Positions 23,250 through 38,074 of a stretch of DNA of 64,000 nucleotides are shown one piece after another. The stretch is from assembly GCA_040954595.2 (NCBI GenBank), contig CM082586.2, positions 1,617,124 through 1,681,123 on the forward strand, read 5' to 3'. The notes beneath the pieces were generated by a model. It saw only the letters and a program-made list of their open reading frames with translations, was not told the origin of the DNA and did no database searches. Within the stretch, counting starts at the first letter, position 1, and the number at the start of each line of letters is the position of its first letter. Source of the DNA: Balanoglossus misakiensis (lineage: Eukaryota > Animalia > Hemichordata). The position numbers and the translations under genes are program-made.

Positions 23250-24864
23250 ACAGCTGGACATGTTACAGAATGCTACTGGCCAAAACATTGAGCTGAATTT
23301 CGCAATGTCATCGACCCCCCATACTAGTTTCTACCGATAATCATACACGTAATGAGATGTAGATGTTAGATGAGAATAACACTCTATTGATTAGCACAGC
23401 ACACCTGTCTAGTCTATTCGCCGACACAAATTCAGCAATAAAAGGCCGGGAAGGACAATATGCCAGGAGAGACACACGGCGTGTTCTGATCAAGTTTGGC
23501 GGGGGAACAGCCTTACGTCACACGTCACAACTGCTTCAAAGATAGGCAATGAAAATATCACGTACCAGAACAGTCACACGAGAAGACGATGTGTAGAGAT
23601 GAACTGTCGCTATTTTCAGCAATATTTCATTATCAGAGTATCGCCGACACGACCAGCATGAGGACGTTGATGCAAATACGTGCAGATACATGTACATGTA
23701 CACTCTGGGACGTTACACTGTCAACACAATGGAGGTAAAGCAATGAAATTGACACGAGAGTTGCTGACGAGAATAAACGAGATTTCAAGGCGAATGACTG
23801 CTACGGCCTAAATGCATGAAACTGCCGTTCACAGTATTGTCAACTGCTTTATAGAATGGAGTACAGACACTGATTATAGATAATTTTTAAAAAATAACAC
23901 TAGGGCATTGTTATATAAGTACTTTTTCATCTATGATGGTGCTATCACATGTTATCATATCGTACGTACAACTTCAAAATTTCTGAGATTTTATCGGTAA
24001 AAACACACATAGTTAAATAAACATCGGTGACAAGTACAACTATATGCTCATCCAGTAAGTCAACCTTTTTAAATGAATTGTTTAACAAGAATTAAAAATA
24101 ATAATGTTAATACATTTAAAGCCTTGTAATATTTATACTTGAGAAATTCCGAAGAATTTTGTTTTATATTTATTTTGCCTTTACAGGCCCATGAACCCGT
24201 GTCGTATTATTATATGAAAATTTACCACATTTAAAATGAATAGGCCAGATAAGTACTAGTGTCTCGATTGGAGATGTTTTCGCGTCTTCAGAAAACTAAG
24301 AACTCTTACTGGCTTGAAATGACTGAAAACGAAGTGAAGTATGTTTTTGCTGCTCTGTTTCAAACTCAGTGGGCAACGCACGTTGACACCAGTTCAATAT
24401 TCTCCACAAAAATCGTGGCGAAAGGTTCCATAGAGAAAGCCTATAATTTTCCATTCATCGTAGTGCAATAACTCATTTTATTATCGATACTGTGGCGGAG
24501 ATTTTTTTTGTATTTATTATTCACACGTATTGTGACGTATTTTGATATTGTGTCACGTGTCACTGTCGCCGGGATACAGGATATTATTTGTAGGATAAAT
24601 GCCTTGTTAAGTAATTTATATTCAATATGATTTACTACCTCATTTACATTGAAACCCCTTCCCACCTGGGGTATCGCTACTGACGTCAAAGCGAGCCCAG
24701 GTGTACTCGTAAATATGAATGTATAGGTGGAAATGACTCTGTTATTTTTCCTTCTCAAACCTCACACTGGACTCAAAGAATTATGTTCGCCCCCCCCCCC
24801 CCCCAAAAAAAAATGTTTTTAAACTTAAACTACATACTGTCTTAACATTACCTATTGTCTGTGA

Positions 24865-24870
24865 AATAAA
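24865..24870 (+). terminator. Likely distal polyadenylation signal of the SOGA/MTCL gene
   Basis: AATAAA followed by GT/T-rich sequence at the end of about 1.6 kb of AT-rich 3'UTR-like DNA. Confidence 0.5.
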
Positions 24871-27800
24871 TTTTATAGACGACTAATATTTCGTTGTCAC
24901 TGAGTTATTTTTTCACCCCTTTATCACTTCATCTTCCAACAAACCCTCGTTTTCACATCTTTGTTGTCGGTAGGGACCATTTTGGAAAAAGGCCGGGTGA
25001 ATTAACTTGAGGGTATAATTTTTTTGAATGAGGAACAGTAGGCGCGGGCGAGCGCTTTCTTTTCAGGGCAAGGTCGTTGAGACTGACAGAAAGAATGGGA
25101 GACATTCTGAACAGCTACCGAGAATGATTTATGACTCGCAGGTGAAATGTTTAAAATGCTTTTCAAGGACTAAAATAGGCGAACGATCATCGGCCTTCCA
25201 CGAAAACAGGTGTAATTCACTCATAATTTGTAGTATAGGCCTATCGGAAACATTGCAGGATTATCTTTGCCACAGTGGCTTCGATGTACTCGTTTTCGAG
25301 CTACTTGCCTATTACTTTGTTTGCTTAAGTTTTTACCCGGTTATGATGGTAGTTTCTGTCGCATCATAACTCCGATGTATGACGGTTTTGGTCACACAAA
25401 AGTACTTCATTAGTCTGTGTTGCGGTTGGTTAGACCCCGTCAAACCAACTGTGCTTTAAAACTGCGGCACCAGAGGAGAAAAACGTACCCGGTGTTTTTT
25501 TGATACTTTTAAGTAACATGATGTATGAGATCCTTTGAAATCGGAACAGGCGGTTCAAGAAAGAAAGCGACCAGCTTTCTACCCTAGATATGCTGGTAGA
25601 AAGGGGGAAACAAAACACCAAGAAAACAATGGTATCCACGTCGCTCATTTAGTTGTGACTGTTACCACTAATCTCCCCGTTCCCATATTCCTGGGGCGCA
25701 AAGGTCACGGAAGTACGACCGATTCTGCAGGGTATGCTGAAGAAAGGGCTTCGTACTGTCTGGCAAGCTTCAGTATCTAAATACTAGTAAGGATCAATCC
25801 ATTTGATATCCTGGGGGGGGGGGTCTGGTCAGATTCCCCCGAATGAGGTTTCACATATTAGTCATGAATGTACAGAGAATCCATCTTGTTGTGGGGAAGT
25901 ATAATCATGCCACATTATCAGTAACACAAGAGGGCGTAGTAAGCTCACGTGTTGGGGATGGATCCGATTTCGACATACCTGAAGGAATGGTTGTTTCTTG
26001 CTACAGAGTCCCACAAAATCTCCCGCGAAAAGTTCAGCTCCAAATCCCAAATCCTAGAACAGCAAGCTGTCCTCGCCAGCCTCTTCGTGGTTTCTGCTTC
26101 GCTTATCAAACGCTTTTTTTGTAACGAACGTCGTCGTCCAACGCGGTGCTGTCGCCATCGGAAAGTCGTGACACGAATGAAGTGGCGTGTGCAAAATGAG
26201 TCAATGAAAGCACCTGGTGAAGCTATGGTCACTCTCAACCAATAGAAATCCCTATACACAGGTGCACAGGAAACCAGTGTGTAATGATTGGCCGCCTGAC
26301 ATGCTTGACTCGGCTTAGGCAATCGCGGGAGGGCGCAGGACCCGAGTCACGACCGAAGTCTCGTACTGAAGTTCCGAACCAAAACAGCCAATTGTAACTC
26401 CTACGCATGCATTGACCATACCATTTACTGTGCGAGTCATTTCGCCCTGACCTCAATTCCAACTGTTTACGGCGGGGAAGGTACAGTCACATAGATACTT
26501 TGACTGATTATGGGGGATTGATGTAGAAAGAGTAACAAAAGCGCGTTTTGCACGTGTTGTACGTGAAAATCACCATGTAAAAGCCGGGAGACGTGAATAG
26601 CTCATGGAACATTAATCTCGCCGACGCCATTTGACAAAAATATCCTTCCTTTGTTCTTTTTATCGCATTATTTGCCCCTGTTGCCATGAGAACAGGCCGT
26701 GAAGAGAAAGAATTTCGCTTTGAAATTGTGCAATGTTGTCTATGGCCTCAAGGACGTGGATAAATCGAAAAAAATAAACTTCACTCCTCGGTTATTGACA
26801 ATCCAGTTATATTATCGTTTATGGGACAGATCGGACCAAATTATTACTTTACATGTTGTCAAGCCCCTATCGACACATTCATTATACACAATTTAGTGGA
26901 TATTATATACATGTCTAAAATGTATCTCCTCGAGAAAGCTTCGCATTGTCACGATCAAGTGACCGGGGCGATGAGAATGTGTATGATATTTTTAGGCAAT
27001 TCATTGAGAAACTACATGGTACTGGCTGTAGGTGTGTGGGTGGGACGGCATGTCTATTTTTCAATTTAATTATCCTAATTTTCGATTATCACGAGAGACG
27101 GTTTATTTTATCGACGCGAAGAGATTTTGCTGGTACTTCCTTTTTGTAGCATCTGTTCTTCCTTTCACAAGTGAACCAAGTCTGGAGCCGTTCCATATCT
27201 TTCATTGAAAATGATAATCGAATTATTCCTTTGGGTTTTGTTTTTAAAACGAGAACTGAACATATTTGCACTGGCTTCAATCCCAAGAGGGTATATGTTG
27301 CTACAGAACACAAATACATGTACTTCCTATTTCTACACGAACCAATAGTTTCATCAACAAGCCAAACAAAGACATATGGTCACTGTTTAAAGTCTTTTGA
27401 TCGACACGCGTCAACCCTTTTATCTCAACAGTTTCTACACACACAAAAACGCAATAGCATGCCGTTCTGACAAACGTTCTGACATCTTGTTCACCGGAAC
27501 ACGCGTTCTTCGATGAATGTGAAAAGATGACGTGAAGGCCTATATAGCGTGGCTATAGTACTAGATCTTTAACGTTTATTGTCGGTCTTTTAGCTAAAGC
27601 ATCGATTTGAGTTTAACGAGGGCGGCTGTGGCCACTGTTAAGCCATACTATTACTTGATCGTGAATGTTAATCGTGTAAATCGAAAAAAAAAGAATTAAT
27701 CTTATTTAAGCAAGTAGGTACAGTTTGTACATACAGCACAGCTTTTGAAGCAAAGGTAACCCAAACGGTGTCAAAAGGCAGGTACATCATTCCCTTTACA

Positions 27801-30800
27801 ACCAAATCGAACTGTTACAAAAATTGCGCAAACAGGCAACGTCACGGAGTGTTTTAGTCACCTTACTGTCTCAGGTGGTCATAAGTTGAGTAGTATTGAA
27901 ACCGGTTCTCCCCCATGCGCCGTCGTTGTTTTACGGGGCTTTCCGAGAAGCGCACAGCGGTGTTGCATGGCAACCAAACACCAGGGTGTCGACGCCGTGT
28001 GCCCTCGCAGGAAATTGGTTCTTTATTGCCGTCGATTGGCCCTATTGTGTCATTATTAGGTGGTCATATTAACCAGATGCAGCCGTCATCATGAGACGGG
28101 CATCGTCGATAAATTTGTCTCTGCCATGTTCCGATCCCGCCAAACCGCGGATAAAACGACAAAATAAACGGTTTAAAGTATGTCGATCGCGGTATGATTG
28201 GAGTGCGTGGTGACGTCACCAGTGAACTGTACAGCTTGCGATGACGTGCTATTAAATACACTCTTTATATGTTTTTAAAGCGTGTTATCGATTTTGGATA
28301 GGGTTCTGCCTCTACTTGGAATAAAATAATAAAACTCCAATGCTCAATAAAAGTCGTTCATGACACAAAAAGTGTTACCAAATTCGCTCATTTCTCTGTT
28401 GAACCTATCAAACTAAAGAATTAATTGACAAAAAACGTTCCACCAAGAGGGCTAATTCGATCGTGCAATCTTCCCGGCGCACTGACCTTGCCGTCGTCAA
28501 TGCTGTATCACTGATTTTAAGTAGGCGTTCAATGATTTTAACTTCAAACAAATCACAATAAACCATTCGCCATTTTTTTGAAAAGCGTAAAAACGCAAAT
28601 GAAAGAACCGTCATTGTCGCCAGCGCCTGAGGGGAAAGGCGCGATCAAAAAGTCGCAATAAATGAAAGACCGTAATTTTTAGACGAACACTGTAAGTAGT
28701 TTGCCTCGCAATCATTTCACCGATTCTGATTATTAAAGGGACAATGGGTAGGCCTTGCTGTTCTCGCCGCAGCACAATCGGGTGACGGGAACTATAGTAC
28801 CCAACTTCCGCTTTCCCTGCCTGTTAATAATTTATTCCCTTTGTCGAGAGCGATAACATTTTGGCGCGAGAAGGAAAATGCAAATATACTAGCGGTTTAT
28901 GTTCAGTTTCCCTGTGTGCAGGTGGTCGCTAGTTTTTGCCGTCAGTAGACGGAGGCGGCGAGACCGTAATCGATAACGTAGTGAATTCGGATCCGAGAAG
29001 CTGAGCCCGTGGGTCTTGAGAGACACGCACAAAAAACACGTGTCGAGCGGGCGGGGGGAATGTATTTCGCTATCAATGCACAATTAGCGTCATACACCAT
29101 CTTTTGTATGAACTGTGTTACTTGTCTTCGGCAAGTAACGGTACTTTATTCAATTCTTATATCTCGATCCTCGTCTTTGTGTTTTACAAGAGTTTATGTG
29201 TTTTTAATACGAACCGCTCGTCCGTACAATCGAGAGTAAAGGGTCGCATCGAACAAGTCCCTTTCCGTATGGTAATCTCTTGGAAAACCATCCCCAATCT
29301 CTCTTCCCCCTTCTATCTCCCCTCCCCTCTCCCCTCCCTCTCTCTCCCCAACCTTTTCCCCTGTGGCGTCACTGACCACGTTATTTTGTGCGCGCCTTAA
29401 GTCTCATACTTTCTTTCCGTTTTTTGTTTCAAAAGTGCCCTACTTTCCAGCTTGAACCATATGGTAACTTAATTCACCAAACCTCACCAGGTCGTCATAT
29501 ACAATTAAGCACAGTGTACATCAGAGAAATCAGGACCAGGTGTGTTTGCTTCTATCTGACTTCGCTTAAATATTCCCATTCGTGAAACAAATAAGGGGAA
29601 ATCAAGTAAGAATGATTCTTTGTAAGTGAGGTTGACATGAGCCATCTTGTGCATGACATGGAACAGTACAGTACTACCGATAACAAATCAGCTAATGGTG
29701 CCTCTACATCAATCTTACTTCTCTCAAGACACAAGACAAGCCCTGACGTTCCTTCTTTTGCCTCCGCCAGGGCAAATATTGGTTCAAATGTGTTTAGCAA
29801 CCAATTACACACGCGCCAGTGTGTGAATGGAAAGTGGTTCGCCGACTAGTCGATCACTGATCGAGCGTGAAAGTCAAGTTGCGTGGGGGGGGGGGGTGTC
29901 GACAGAACAGAATGGGGACATGAATGAGTAAGAAGAGCGCTTGAAACTCAAACATTAGATGAAAACCTTGGTTGTGACCAGATTGCGTCGATAGAGCTGG
30001 AAACACCCGATCACACAGAGCATGTTATTATCGCCGCTCAGCTTGTTCGTAATAAGCCTGCGGTGTTCTACGGATATGACATGAATATTCATACGAGGCG
30101 CATCGATTTCAATGCAGCGCTAAAAGAGTCATTCAGTTCTAACAATGAAAATACATTTAGACGGAAATTGGTCAGCCGTTGACTTTTGTGGCCCTGGGTA
30201 GCTATATGTATTAAATCACGCATGCTCTCATATACCTGGAGGCTGAAACGTCCTTTTAGTATACGGGAGAAGATGTATGGATGAGTTATGGGTTGTAGAA
30301 TGGGATTATATCCTAGTGATCGAGAACATGGTCAAAAAAGAAAGTCATGAACGAAATACTCATCAGTAACAACCTGTTGAATAGTAACTTGTTGAGCATA
30401 TCATTTTTTTTTTGCAGATCGTTAAATTGTCGCCCGCATACCGGATAAAGAGGTATCGTTGAAATGACTCTGAGATTGGGATACGATTGATTGTTAACCC
30501 TATATGATCGCACACACACGCGCGCGCGCACAAACTGACGGTGTCGTATCAGCGCCGCGTCATTAATGCGCACGCATTGTTCCCTAATTAGAGCGTGTGG
30601 CCAGTGAGGTCCGATCGATTTGTGGAGATTTCCACTGTCAAAACAGTCTATAGAAAATGATGGCGAACACGTGTGCCTTGTCTGCCCGTGATTCGCACTC
30701 TATCGTTTATCCGAATCACTTTTGGACCCTGGCCCGAGGGCATGGAATCCCCGTACGCATTGTCATTGACTGCCTGATCGCCCAAACCCTTGTTAACGGC

Positions 30801-32198
30801 GGACAGTATATAATTTTCTCCGCTAATATCCGTAATTGAAAAATGGGCATTGTGTGTGTGACAGACGCGGTACTTGTTGAACTGTACAGCGAAGCTGGCC
30901 GTCCTCACCATGATTGAGTCGAATTCAGAGACCCACCATGTCTTTTCCTGTAACAATCAATTACCGTCATTTTTAGCGGCTTGGTGGATGGCATTTACAG
31001 CGCACTATGCAGTTCTTTTCTCTTTCGTTTTTCCTTTCAGCTCCTTGAACTGCCGCGTGGTATGTGTCACCAAGTGATGACAAACTGATGTAAATGCAAG
31101 TCATATGGCTTAATGGTGTGGATTTTAGAGGATAGGGAATATATTTGAAGTGTTTTACTGGGGAAAAAAATGTGAAATTTGGCAGCTATAGGGGCTTTAA
31201 GGGCCAAGTTGAGAAAAAAAACGTCGAAGTTCTATTCTCGTAGGATCACGCTCACTTCCTCTCGTTGTTTATTCATCATGCCAAAATATTGAAAGGGCCT
31301 CGTATACGTTTCGAAATCCCATACGGTAATGTACCCTGAACAGTTAACAGAACCATGTACCATGGCGCAATTAAATCTCACAATCACGTGACCGTGACCG
31401 GCATAGGTGACCAAATGTTGCGCTATATCGATTTACGGCGCGTGTTCGGCGCTCAATTTCGGCTCGTTTAATGACAAGATGGCGACGGGCACGATCTTAT
31501 CAAGCGCGGTTGTTGAATGTCACTGCCTAAAGAGTTGATTTGGCCGTCACATCTGTGCCGTGCCCACCGACATTTAAACGCTCGTCAGCCATTGTCGAGT
31601 GGCACCTCGCGCCGATCTCTGCAACGTCACAACAGCGCGCGCGCGCCGGGGAAAGCGCACGCGTGGGATCGGTAGATAACGCTAATTTATCGGAAATAAA
31701 GAAAATAAATTTCCCCGAATATTGCTTTCATAAATTTGTGAGCGCTATTGCATTGTGTTTTGAGGGGGCGGGCCAGCTTTTAGAAGAGTGAAGGCAAAGG
31801 GCCGGCCGGGTGTCGATTTGGGGATAACCTTTCGCTCGGCAAGTTCATTCAGAAAATCATTCCTATTTACCTCCTTTGGATGCAGCGACGTCAAATTGGC
31901 GAGGATGGTATTTAAGGCAGCGTGCAAAAAGAAAACGTGCGATCACATAATAGATGTTAATTGCACCTATTTCGCATCGATGAAGCGATAAAAAGTTGCA
32001 TGATAATCGACATTTGAATCAATCAAATCTATCATATACCCCTGAGCTGATGTACAAAGGGCATTACAACTATAACTGTGGGATTTACAGTAAATGAGTA
32101 GCGATATAATTTCACGCCATTTACCCATTTATATCGACTGATTCTACCTATGCTTTGCAATATTCCTGGCAGATTTGCTTTTGCCCAACGTTCACTTT

Positions 32199-32350
<152 letters not shown>

Positions 32351-34039
32351 GGTGGTAGTAGTGGTGACAGAGACACAGTCAGACAGACAGGCAGGCAGAC
32401 AGACAGTCTATTCCTGATCCCTCCCGGAAAAGCTACCCTCTCGCTTTGGACAAAGAAAGAATGTAATTAAGTACATACCAAGCTAAGCCAATGAGCTTAG
32501 TGAGTGCGGTTCTCTGATGTCCGGGAGAGCTCGGGGTGCTTGGTGTGGGAACTGGCATAAATAACTTCTCCTGCTAAACAAAAGATAAGAAAACCGACAT
32601 TAAAAATGGTAACTTTTGCTAATTTATTAACAGCTGTGCATAGATCCCCATTAAGTGAATACAAAGCGCATCAATATGTTATTAGAGGCGATCCGGAGTT
32701 TCTTTGGTCGTCTGTACAATAACAGTCCTTGCATAGTTTTGCGTCCTTTCAAAACAAGACAATGTCATGTGTTTTTGTTTTCTGTTTAATGAGAGCTGAC
32801 CCCATCTGCGCAGTCGGGCGTCGGGACGCTTCTGGGGCCCGACCGTCAGCGCGTCGCGTGCCGCAGCGCGAACAAAAATCGCGGCCATGTGCACAACCGA
32901 ACGTCAAAGCCGATTGGCCGTGGCTTTTGTCGCCAGTGACAGTGCTGTGAGACGAAGTCAAAGGCAGATTAAGATATTAAATCGTCCAAGGGCGTTCGGC
33001 GGTGCGGAAAACAGGACAATGCCTAATGACCGCCGGCAGTATGAGAGTGAGGATAAACGGCACACGTTCACTTAAAATTGTCGGAACTTCTTAAAACTTG
33101 AACATTTATCCCAAATGGCGCCCCCATTGTCGAGAATCTTCCAACTACATGCATCATATTTTCGACCTATGGTGCCCTCCAACAAACAATGACAGATTTT
33201 TCCGCCAGGGAACGACAATGCTTTCGTTTCAATTCATGTTCAGTTAGAGGGGTACCCTCCAACTACTGATAAAGGATTTGACCGAGAGACGAAGTACCCC
33301 TGCAAACGTTGAAAAGTATTCAGAACAATGACACTCATGAACATGTACACGCATTATTCATAACTAAGGTGTGTGCTTCAGGCCAGTGGTGCGTTACTTG
33401 ATGTCATTTGGGCTCGCGCAAAACGACATCATTTATTTTTTACGGGGGGGGAGGGCTTGCCAGACGCCGGTCGACAATTATTAAAACACTTTTGTCCGAG
33501 AAGAGGACCGGCTCTAACTACCGAAATTGGCTTGAATGCAGCGCCCTCCTGTGGTAGACCCACGGTCTTGTGCAGTGGTAAGCTTGATCGCGAACGTTAT
33601 TCTAGGATTGGACATCCCGCTGAAGCGACACACACGAAAACAATAAACACTCTCCATACAATCTGTTGATGAAAACTTTTGTCTTTTTAATATCAAGGTT
33701 TTAAAAACCTGTACATTTTTTACAACTTAAGTTTTTCTTCCAATGTTTGAAACAAACTTGCATAGTTGATGTTTTTCATTGAAATGGATATGTCTGTAGA
33801 AGTGTGAGCAAGGCAATAGAGAAAGACAGAAAAGTGAAATTGTTTTTTTCTCTTAACAAAATATTGCCGTCTGAATAGGAATAAGACAATTATGGAACTG
33901 CTTTCTTCGAAATTGGCAGAAAGGTTTACAAACTGTTTAGAGCAGCTGTATGTTTCTAAGTACTCAGTTATTGTGAAATGCTCTTCTAGAAGAATTTTGT
34001 AGTAAAACAAAGTGTGCGGTGCTTAACTTTGAGTTGATA

Positions 34040-34107
34040 GATGGATGGATGGATGAATGAATGATATGGAATGGATGACATGGAATGAACGAATGAATGA
34101 ATGAATG
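34040..34107 (+). repeat. Degenerate (TGGA/TGAA)n tetranucleotide repeat
   Basis: Read directly. Confidence 0.75.
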
Positions 34108-34890
34108 GCAAGTGTTATGAAAAACCAAAGGTACTACACGACTACAATCTCTGTGATCGAATATAGCTCAAGGCATTTTGGCAAATAAAACAAAATAGAT
34201 AATCTACGACACAAATAATAAATATGCTATATAACATCTCTCAACATAAAACTCTTGTCAAATTTATACATACAAAAAGCAACATTAAGTCGTGAACACA
34301 CGAGGCACTTGATGCCAGTAGCCGTACAAAACGTCATATATATTAAAAAGTATCAAAATATAAAGATCGTATCAAAACATTTTGTGTGTGTGCGGTCTTG
34401 GTGGCAAGTTTTTGTTCTTCACTTCGTGATAGCAGTTGTTTATTTGGCTAGTTCGGGTCTGATATGAAGAAGTCCACTTCTTTCCACAGTTGAAAGTTTT
34501 CTTGTAGCCGAAGACAAAGCTGCTGTTTGTTTCCATGTAGGCAACATCGTGGCTTACTGTTTTACAATAACACCACACCACGCCACCAACCGGGTGATTT
34601 CCCCTGGAGAGCGTAGACATGTCGAAGTTCAACTCGGGGAGAAAAAAGTATTCTCTTTTTACTTTAAGCTTTTAGAGCGCGGTGGGATTTGCACACGCTT
34701 GAGGTGAGTTGATAATTCTTTGACAGGACAAGGTCCGACAGCTGCTGAGGTCTGTCTTGCCTCTATGAATATTTTTCGCAATATCACATCAGCTACTGTC
34801 CCGGATGTTGCGTACTGTTCTGTGCGTCGCTATCACTTGGAAAAAAGCGTACGATTTTAATACACAGGCGTACAATGGATCGCATCACTT

Positions 34891-37800
34891 TTAATACACA
34901 ATTTCTGTACCCCATGGTCTGTAGGGTTTCGACAGTATAGCAGTGTGTGATGATGTGTTGGGGCTAAAGCCGTTTGGAGAAAGTACTGGTAGGGCATTGA
35001 TGGACACTGGGAACTGTGTGTGAACCGTTGGCATCGATGATATCAATGGTGGCGAAATCTGAGCTATGTTGGCACTGGTCACGACGGTGGGAGCCACGCC
35101 GGAGGGCAGTCGCAAGTGGCACGACGTCGGCAGTGTGGCCGTGTCCCCTTGGCTGTTCATCACCTGTTGCCTGCCCGGCTCTGAAGTGATGGGCGCCACG
35201 GGCTGCAGCGACATATGCCCTTCTCCGTGCGAGTTCTGCTGGCTTATCACCGAGGTCGGCGGGAACTGGCTGTGGTGCGACGACACGTTGTTCCACGCCT
35301 GTCGTCTCTGCGCCTCCTGCTGCGCAGAGTAGCACTGGAGATGGCTCATCAGGCGCAGTCGCAGTGGATCTTGGATGTCCAGCCCTTCAACGGTGACCAG
35401 GTAGCGGGCAACTTCGGCTGCACATTCCCGGAAACCGAGTGAGCGGTAATCCATTGCGTAGGCATGAGCATCGCCATATGGGTGGAAAGAGCCATCGATA
35501 CCTGTACAGAAAAATAAACCGTTATAAATGTCTTCCTGAACGAGTCTAGCAAATATATCACAAATAGATCGCTTTTATATAAAAATGGTGAATCTGAACA
35601 TTTGTCGAAAGCAATGACAATCCACAAAAGTTCATCACAAAAGAATCAGTTTTTTTATCATATTGCACGGCAAAGTTAGAAAACTTGCACTATTGCCCGC
35701 AGTTTATTGTGCTTGTCTAGGGGTTCTCTGATACAAAAACATACGCCATGGGAATAGTTGATAATTATAAATGCCGCAAAAGTGACCTCTAGGGGACAAT
35801 AGTAATTCTCCTTGGTGGTTTTTCGATAGCAATCACCCCAATGTCACTTTGAACCCACATTTTCAATACCCCAGTGCCTTTTCTCAACGTCCTGACAAAA
35901 CATTTTATTAGGCATAATATCACATTCTGGCCCCCCTCATTTTTAATGCCACTTCTCCCTACAAAAGGCGAACAATGGTACGTTCGGGCCTCCGGGGCAA
36001 GGCTAATCCATGTGTAGGCAGGTGCCACTTTCGAGTTGCGCGCGCATGCACACAGGCCACGCAGAGAAAAACAAGATCGCGAGTTTTATTTTTTAAAGTT
36101 TGTGAAAATTGGTCGCGCTTTTCGTGGATGGGATCACCCTGGATTCATAGGACGTAGAATACAGGTGGAAAACACGACAGGGCTGAGTTTTTTGAATGCG
36201 TGTAACAAGTAGTAGCGAACGCACAAGTCATTCATGTAATTATGCTGTGTGGTTGTCAATGGGTGTAGCATTATTCTCCATGACACAAAAGGGCATGGAA
36301 TGAATATACAATGAACGATATCAACAGGACCATGTCATCCACGCATTGATGGCTAATTGCTCGTAGCCCATTCACTGAACAGGCCTGCGTGTTTTAGCGT
36401 ATTGTTTCATACATTTTCCCACGCCCGTAGAAGCCGTCAAAACGCAAGAACCTGCCCACGGCCTGTCGCAGTGCCCGCTCCCAGTGTGAGAATACACAAC
36501 AAGCAGCTAGTCGACCGTAGAGACAAGCGTCAATCACAAGCACAAGAAACATACGGGCAAAATAAACTAAAGACAAGGGAAAAAAACTGATAGATATATA
36601 CCTTTAGCGTGTAGTAGCTTCAAATGGTCAACTGTCATCTGCAGGATCTCGGCCTTTTCCAACTTGGCAGAGCCCTGGAACGGAAAATAATAAAAGTGGT
36701 CAGTATAAGTTTGGACGATTAATATAAAAAACGTCAGGATCTAAATTGTACATTTCAGTTCCACAGAAAGTAAGCTCTTTGTTACTCGCTGATGACTTCG
36801 TTGTAATTTTGTGAACTATGATGTGATACATTTAATTCCAGAGAATAAAAAAATAAAATGTCTTGTCTTATCAAACGTCCCGATTTTGTTATCTTCTGTG
36901 GTGGTAACTTATTGGATGGTTTCTAGGTCTTTATTTAATTTAATTAAACCCACTTCCGCAAAATTGTTTACAAGTCTTACCTGCTTTTCGAACGCAGCAG
37001 GGACCAGACGTCGAAGCTCCGAGAGACTATTGTTAATTCTGTCTCTCCGCCTCTTCTCAATAATCTGTAAATATAACGGTACATGAACGTTAGAATACAT
37101 TATCACGATATCAGATTTCTTCAAACGGCCGGCCAATTCACTCGCCAACTTCGCGAATTAACGCGCTACCGGTCCGTAATTGATTGCCGTTAAGAATTGG
37201 ATTCCAAAATTAGAGACATTTTACTTAAAACTGCCCGCCGTGATCACTTTAATTTTTGCCAAATTGGTTTTCCGTTAGCTTACGTAATTTGAAACATGAT
37301 CCGCCGACGACGCTTGTTGGTCACCGGGACGACGTACGCGCGGTGATTACTTCCTGGTTCAACCCAACAGCTGATTGGGGCCAAGTTTTGAAACACGCGC
37401 GGTTTGGGGTCCGCTGGAATACCAGGCATTGCCTTTATTCATGCGTACAGACGGGTAATTTCAGCGCTTAGTAAAAAGCGGCAAAGCCGATGACGACACG
37501 AGAAAGTACTCTGAAAATTGTCAGTGGCTGCATACCGAACCGGTATGGTATGCAGAGCGACTGTTTACATGTTGCCCAAGCATTACGGAACCTATACTCC
37601 ACTCCGTCGACCGCAGCGTGAACGCACTTTCGAAAGTCGAGGGGGAAAAGTATTCCCCCGAAGTAAAGCTATAAAAATGAAAGAAAACGCGAAAGGGGAA
37701 AACGATAATGACAAAACTTACCCCTCGTCTTTTCTTGCGGGTTGCCATCGGACAAGACTGACTTGGCGAGCTGTAATGATACAAGAGGAGAAATGGATCA

Positions 37801-37983
37801 CAATACGTCACACGCGCACCTATTAACATCAAAGTATTTAAACTCGTCTTAGGGCGTTTAGACACGTGTCAGAAAAATAGCAAGGAAAACATGAAAACTT
37901 CACGCATAGAAGTCATTTCCGTACCTCTTGTTCATTTCGTCGAAAATGTCGTCGCTTTCTGTTTCGCTGAAATTCCTCTTCAT
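34891..37983 (-). CDS. Hey: Hairy/enhancer-of-split related with YRPW motif protein (bHLH-Orange repressor)
   Basis: Exons 37983-37925, 37770-37722, 37064-36981, 36674-36602, 35501-34891, phases consistent. [53 protein letters not shown] bHLH (Gly in basic region), Orange domain [19 protein letters not shown]-terminal [10 protein letters not shown]. Confidence 0.98.
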
Positions 37984-38074
37984 GTTTTCCTAGGTTTATA
38001 TGGTTACAGTGGTGGGAGCGAGAAGGAAGTGCGTGTTCACTCTAGAAAGCTCCTCTCCAAAATGCTGACATTCG

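Larger units (their letters stand above)
7781..26250 (-). ncRNA. Putative spliced antisense transcript (lncRNA or small-ORF mRNA) overlapping the SOGA/MTCL gene
   Basis: Minus-strand acceptor/donor pairs: ~26250-25979 (CAG|gtatgt), 25592-25489, 21855-21816, 19001-18883, acceptor at 14764, 9630-9543, 8065/8061-7781; CCAAT and GC boxes at 26.24-26.39 kb. No expression data. Confidence 0.35.

Noticed and set aside
30648-30956. Minus ORF containing QGTRVR, reminiscent of the MRPS28 last exon
   Set aside because: The true MRPS28 exon 2 is at 54292-54136; a six-residue match is chance.
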